DNA from: Betaproteobacteria bacterium RIFCSPLOWO2_02_FULL_65_20
Lineage (GTDB): Bacteria; Pseudomonadota; Gammaproteobacteria; Burkholderiales; SG8-39
DNA: 45,866 nucleotides
Assembly: GCA_001770425.1 (NCBI GenBank)
Contig: MEQZ01000087.1
Location: 1-45,866 of the forward strand
Reading direction: 5' to 3'
A model generated the notes under the pieces. That model searched no databases. It was given only the letters and a program-made list of their open reading frames with translations, and had not been told where the DNA came from. Each line of letters opens with the position of its first letter. The stretch's first letter is position 1. Below, piece after piece: positions 43,678 to 45,866 of the stretch. Both the position numbers and the translations under genes were made by a program.

Positions 43678-44427
43678 ATGTCCGGCGAATCCCAGTACGA
43701 TCAGCGCGCCCGTTATGACGCGCTCATGGAAGTAGCGCGCAACCGAATGACCACGCGCCAGTTCGATCCGAACTATGTGGTACCCAGAGAGCACTACGAA
43801 CTCATCCTCGAAGCCGCGCGACACGCCCCGTCCGGCGCCAATGCGCAGCCCTGGCACTACATCGTCATCACCAAGCCGGAAATCAAGAAGGCGATCGCCG
43901 ACTACTTCGTCGAGGAACAGCGCCTTCGCGCCAGACTCAAGATGAAGTTCCCCACACCCAATTACCGCGGCCTGGAGACCGCGCCCGGCCTGATCGTCGT
44001 CGCTTCGGACTTCCGCTGGACGCGGGCGTTCCCCGTGCTTCTGGACGGATCGGACCTGGACCGCAAATACCACGAAAACGCCGAACGCATCCTGCTGCAG
44101 TCGGTGGCGGCATCCACCATGTCCGCTCATCTCGCGGCGGCGGCCCTCGGCTACAACGTCTGGTGGATTACTGCGATCGGCCAGGAGCACGCCCAAAGAG
44201 CGCTCAAGCCCCTGCTTGGCGTTCCCGACGAGTTGGCCGTCATCGATATCTTCTGTTTCGGCCCGGCCGCCAAGCCGCCTTACAAACGTTGGAAGAAGGA
44301 CCTGAACCAGATCATGAACTGGGACCGCTTCGACATGGCCAACTACATGACCATCGAGCAGATCGACGCCTGGGTGAAGGATAAGCGCAGCCAGGTGATG
44401 TACCGGGACGAGTCCAAGGTCGATTGA
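43678..44427 (+). CDS. nitroreductase family protein (249 aa)
   Basis: RMTTRQFDPNYVVPREHYELILEAARHAPSGANAQPWHY is the FMN-nitroreductase N-terminal signature. A ~40-aa C-terminal extension follows. The specific function is unknown. Confidence 0.8.
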   Translation: MSGESQYDQRARYDALMEVARNRMTTRQFDPNYVVPREHYELILEAARHAPSGANAQPWHYIVITKPEIKKAIADYFVEEQRLRARLKMKFPTPNYRGLETAPGLIVVASDFRWTRAFPVLLDGSDLDRKYHENAERILLQSVAASTMSAHLAAAALGYNVWWITAIGQEHAQRALKPLLGVPDELAVIDIFCFGPAAKPPYKRWKKDLNQIMNWDRFDMANYMTIEQIDAWVKDKRSQVMYRDESKVD

Positions 44428-44589
44428 ACCTGCCCGGACATGAGTCGCGCATCCGGTGTCGCCGGGAAATGCCCGTACCGCAGCGAGACGGAAAACCGTT
44501 GCCGGACGGCTTGACGCTCGGGGAAAATTGTTGGAACATCAAACAAAATTTTTGCCCGTTGGGCGGTAACTGCATCCGCGAGGTTAAGC

Positions 44590-44913
44590 ATGACCTACGT
44601 CGTCACCGAGAGCTGCATCAAATGCAAGTACACCGACTGCGTCGATGTCTGTCCCGTCGATTGCTTCAAGGAGGGGCCGAACATGCTGGTCATCGACCCC
44701 GACGAATGCATCGACTGCGCGGTCTGCGTTCCGGAGTGCCCGGTCAACGCGATTTACGCCGAAGATGACCTGCCGGCCGAGCAGAAGGCGTTCGTGGCGC
44801 TCAACGCCGAGTTGGCCAAGCAGTGGCCGACCATCACCGATACCAAGGGTCCGTTGCCCGAGGCCGAGGAATTCAAGGACATGAAGGGCAAGCTCAAGCA
44901 TCTGCAGCGCTGA
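44590..44913 (+). CDS. fdxA: 7Fe ferredoxin, Azotobacter FdxA type ([3Fe-4S][4Fe-4S], 107 aa)
   Basis: [26 protein letters not shown] and [12 protein letters not shown] give the CxxCxxxxC...CP plus CxxCxxCxxxCP cysteine pattern. Confidence 0.93.
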   Translation: MTYVVTESCIKCKYTDCVDVCPVDCFKEGPNMLVIDPDECIDCAVCVPECPVNAIYAEDDLPAEQKAFVALNAELAKQWPTITDTKGPLPEAEEFKDMKGKLKHLQR

Positions 44914-44948
44914 CCCGCTGAGGTCAGCTGGAACTTCGCCCGGAGCGG

Positions 44949-45386
44949 TCAATGCCAGTCGTTCCGTGAGGGTATCGGCAGCGCCATCACCGGAATCCCC
45001 TCCTCGAGCAGTTCCTCCGTTTCCTGGCGCGAAGCGGTCCCCCGGATGCTCCGGTAAGGCACTTCGCGCTGATGGATCCGGCGCGCTTCGGCCGCGAACT
45101 CTGTGCCCACGTTGTCGGTGTTCATGAGCACATAATCGATGATTTCCTGAAGCTGGGGGTGCGGCGGCGTCCTCGCCGGCGCGGAGACCTGTTCCTCTCG
45201 CACCGCCGGCAGAACCTCTGAACCTGAGGTCCGAATCTTGGCCGTCGGCAGCTTCTCGATTTCGGAGCGGCCGCACGACGGGCACGACAGCAGTCCGCGG
45301 TCCTTTTGACCGTCGAAGTCATCGGCCGAGGCGAACCAGCCCTCAAAGCGGTGGTACTTGGGACAAATGAGTTCAAAAACAATCAC
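44949..45386 (-). CDS. DUF1178 family protein (145 aa, GTG start)
   Basis: MIVFELICPKYHRFEGWFASADDFDGQKDRGLLSCPSCG is a zinc-ribbon-like CxxxH...CxxC N-terminus as in DUF1178. There is a GAGG SD 6 nt upstream of GTG 45386. Confidence 0.7.
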   Translation of the reverse strand: MIVFELICPKYHRFEGWFASADDFDGQKDRGLLSCPSCGRSEIEKLPTAKIRTSGSEVLPAVREEQVSAPARTPPHPQLQEIIDYVLMNTDNVGTEFAAEARRIHQREVPYRSIRGTASRQETEELLEEGIPVMALPIPSRNDWH

Positions 45387-45445
45387 TTTAACACCTCGCG
45401 TCCGTCATTCTACTCCGCCTCGTCCGGTCTGTCCGGTGACCCGAT

Positions 45446-45793
45446 TTGCCCGACCCACCTACTCACCAACGGTTGCGCGGCGCAAAAGTTGAACGCATTT
45501 GCACTAAATGTTGCGTCAGATTCGGCGAATTCAATACCGGCAGGTCGCGCGAGCCAGCGGTGAACCATTCGATCCGACCTGATCGCAGATCCAGAGGCGG
45601 CTTCCGGACGCTGTTTGAGCAGAATCCGGGCCGACGAGCCGAAGATGTCCACGCGTTGAACCCCTGGCACCCTGCCGTGCGGATCGCGGCCGTGGCGATG
45701 ATAGGCCTGATCAATATCTGGATGGACGCCGAAATCCAAATTGACTTCTTGCCCAAGCCACACGTGGCCGTCAGTCAGGCCAAGTTCGGGTAG
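45446..45793 (+). CDS. hypothetical protein; strand and start uncertain
   Basis: The plus ORF 45446..45793 and the minus ORF 45410..45763 use exactly mirrored codons, so one is a shadow of the other. By hand count over 45600..45790, the plus frame shows GC3 (~78%) > GC1 (~66%) > GC2 (~40%), the pattern of real genes here. The mirrored frame has the inverse pattern. I recognised no motif in either translation and found no convincing SD. Confidence 0.25.
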   Translation: MPDPPTHQRLRGAKVERICTKCCVRFGEFNTGRSREPAVNHSIRPDRRSRGGFRTLFEQNPGRRAEDVHALNPWHPAVRIAAVAMIGLINIWMDAEIQIDFLPKPHVAVSQAKFG

Positions 45794-45866
45794 GTCGCGC
45801 CGCTAATCCGCGTTGAGTAAAACGTCTGGATAATAGATTTATTATTTTTATAAAACAAACAGTTGC

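Noticed and set aside
44540-44560. An FNR-like box upstream of fdxA (TGTTGGAACATCAA)
   Set aside because: Only the ATCAA half-site matches. The left half does not fit TTGAT at the required spacing.

Overview
This is a 45.9-kb, visibly high-G+C chromosomal segment. G+C was not computed and no searches were run, so all product calls rest on motifs and synteny read from the translations. Almost every kilobase is housekeeping. The gene order looks betaproteobacterial (inference): ligA-zipA-smc on the minus strand; queF; dapC-dapD-(PilT/PilU-like ATPase)-dapE-prmB; an MDR oxidoreductase; a divergent hemerythrin/nnrS pair; a tRNA Pro-Arg-His operon; dksA; and the classic rimP-nusA-infB-rbfA ... truB-rpsO-pnp block. 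Next come rluB-scpB-scpA-trpS-M50 protease-yciO-trpH-hydrolase, a gamma-CA-like protein and an SDR. A four-gene ABC-2/GldG/DUF4340 operon follows, then a Liv-type ABC importer with a fused LivH-LivM permease, a nitroreductase, a 7Fe ferredoxin and DUF1178. I saw no transposase, integrase, phage, CRISPR, toxin-antitoxin or recognisable defence genes. The one structure the gene list does not explain is a five-copy, ~140-nt intergenic repeat family built around a 50-nt near-perfect palindrome. Its stem covaries, the only two mismatches are G-U compatible on one strand, and one copy has its loop flipped relative to its flanks. It is a candidate undescribed REP/MITE-like or structured-RNA element. 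Secondary oddities are listed here. A DUF849/BKACE gene is inserted antisense between rbfA and truB. An orphan PilT/PilU-family ATPase sits inside the dap operon. A terminator-like hairpin abuts the rimP start codon. A 400-aa TrpRS carries a four-Cys motif. The window ends in an AT-rich UP-element-like stretch. Many long track ORFs are antisense shadows typical of high-G+C DNA and were rejected.
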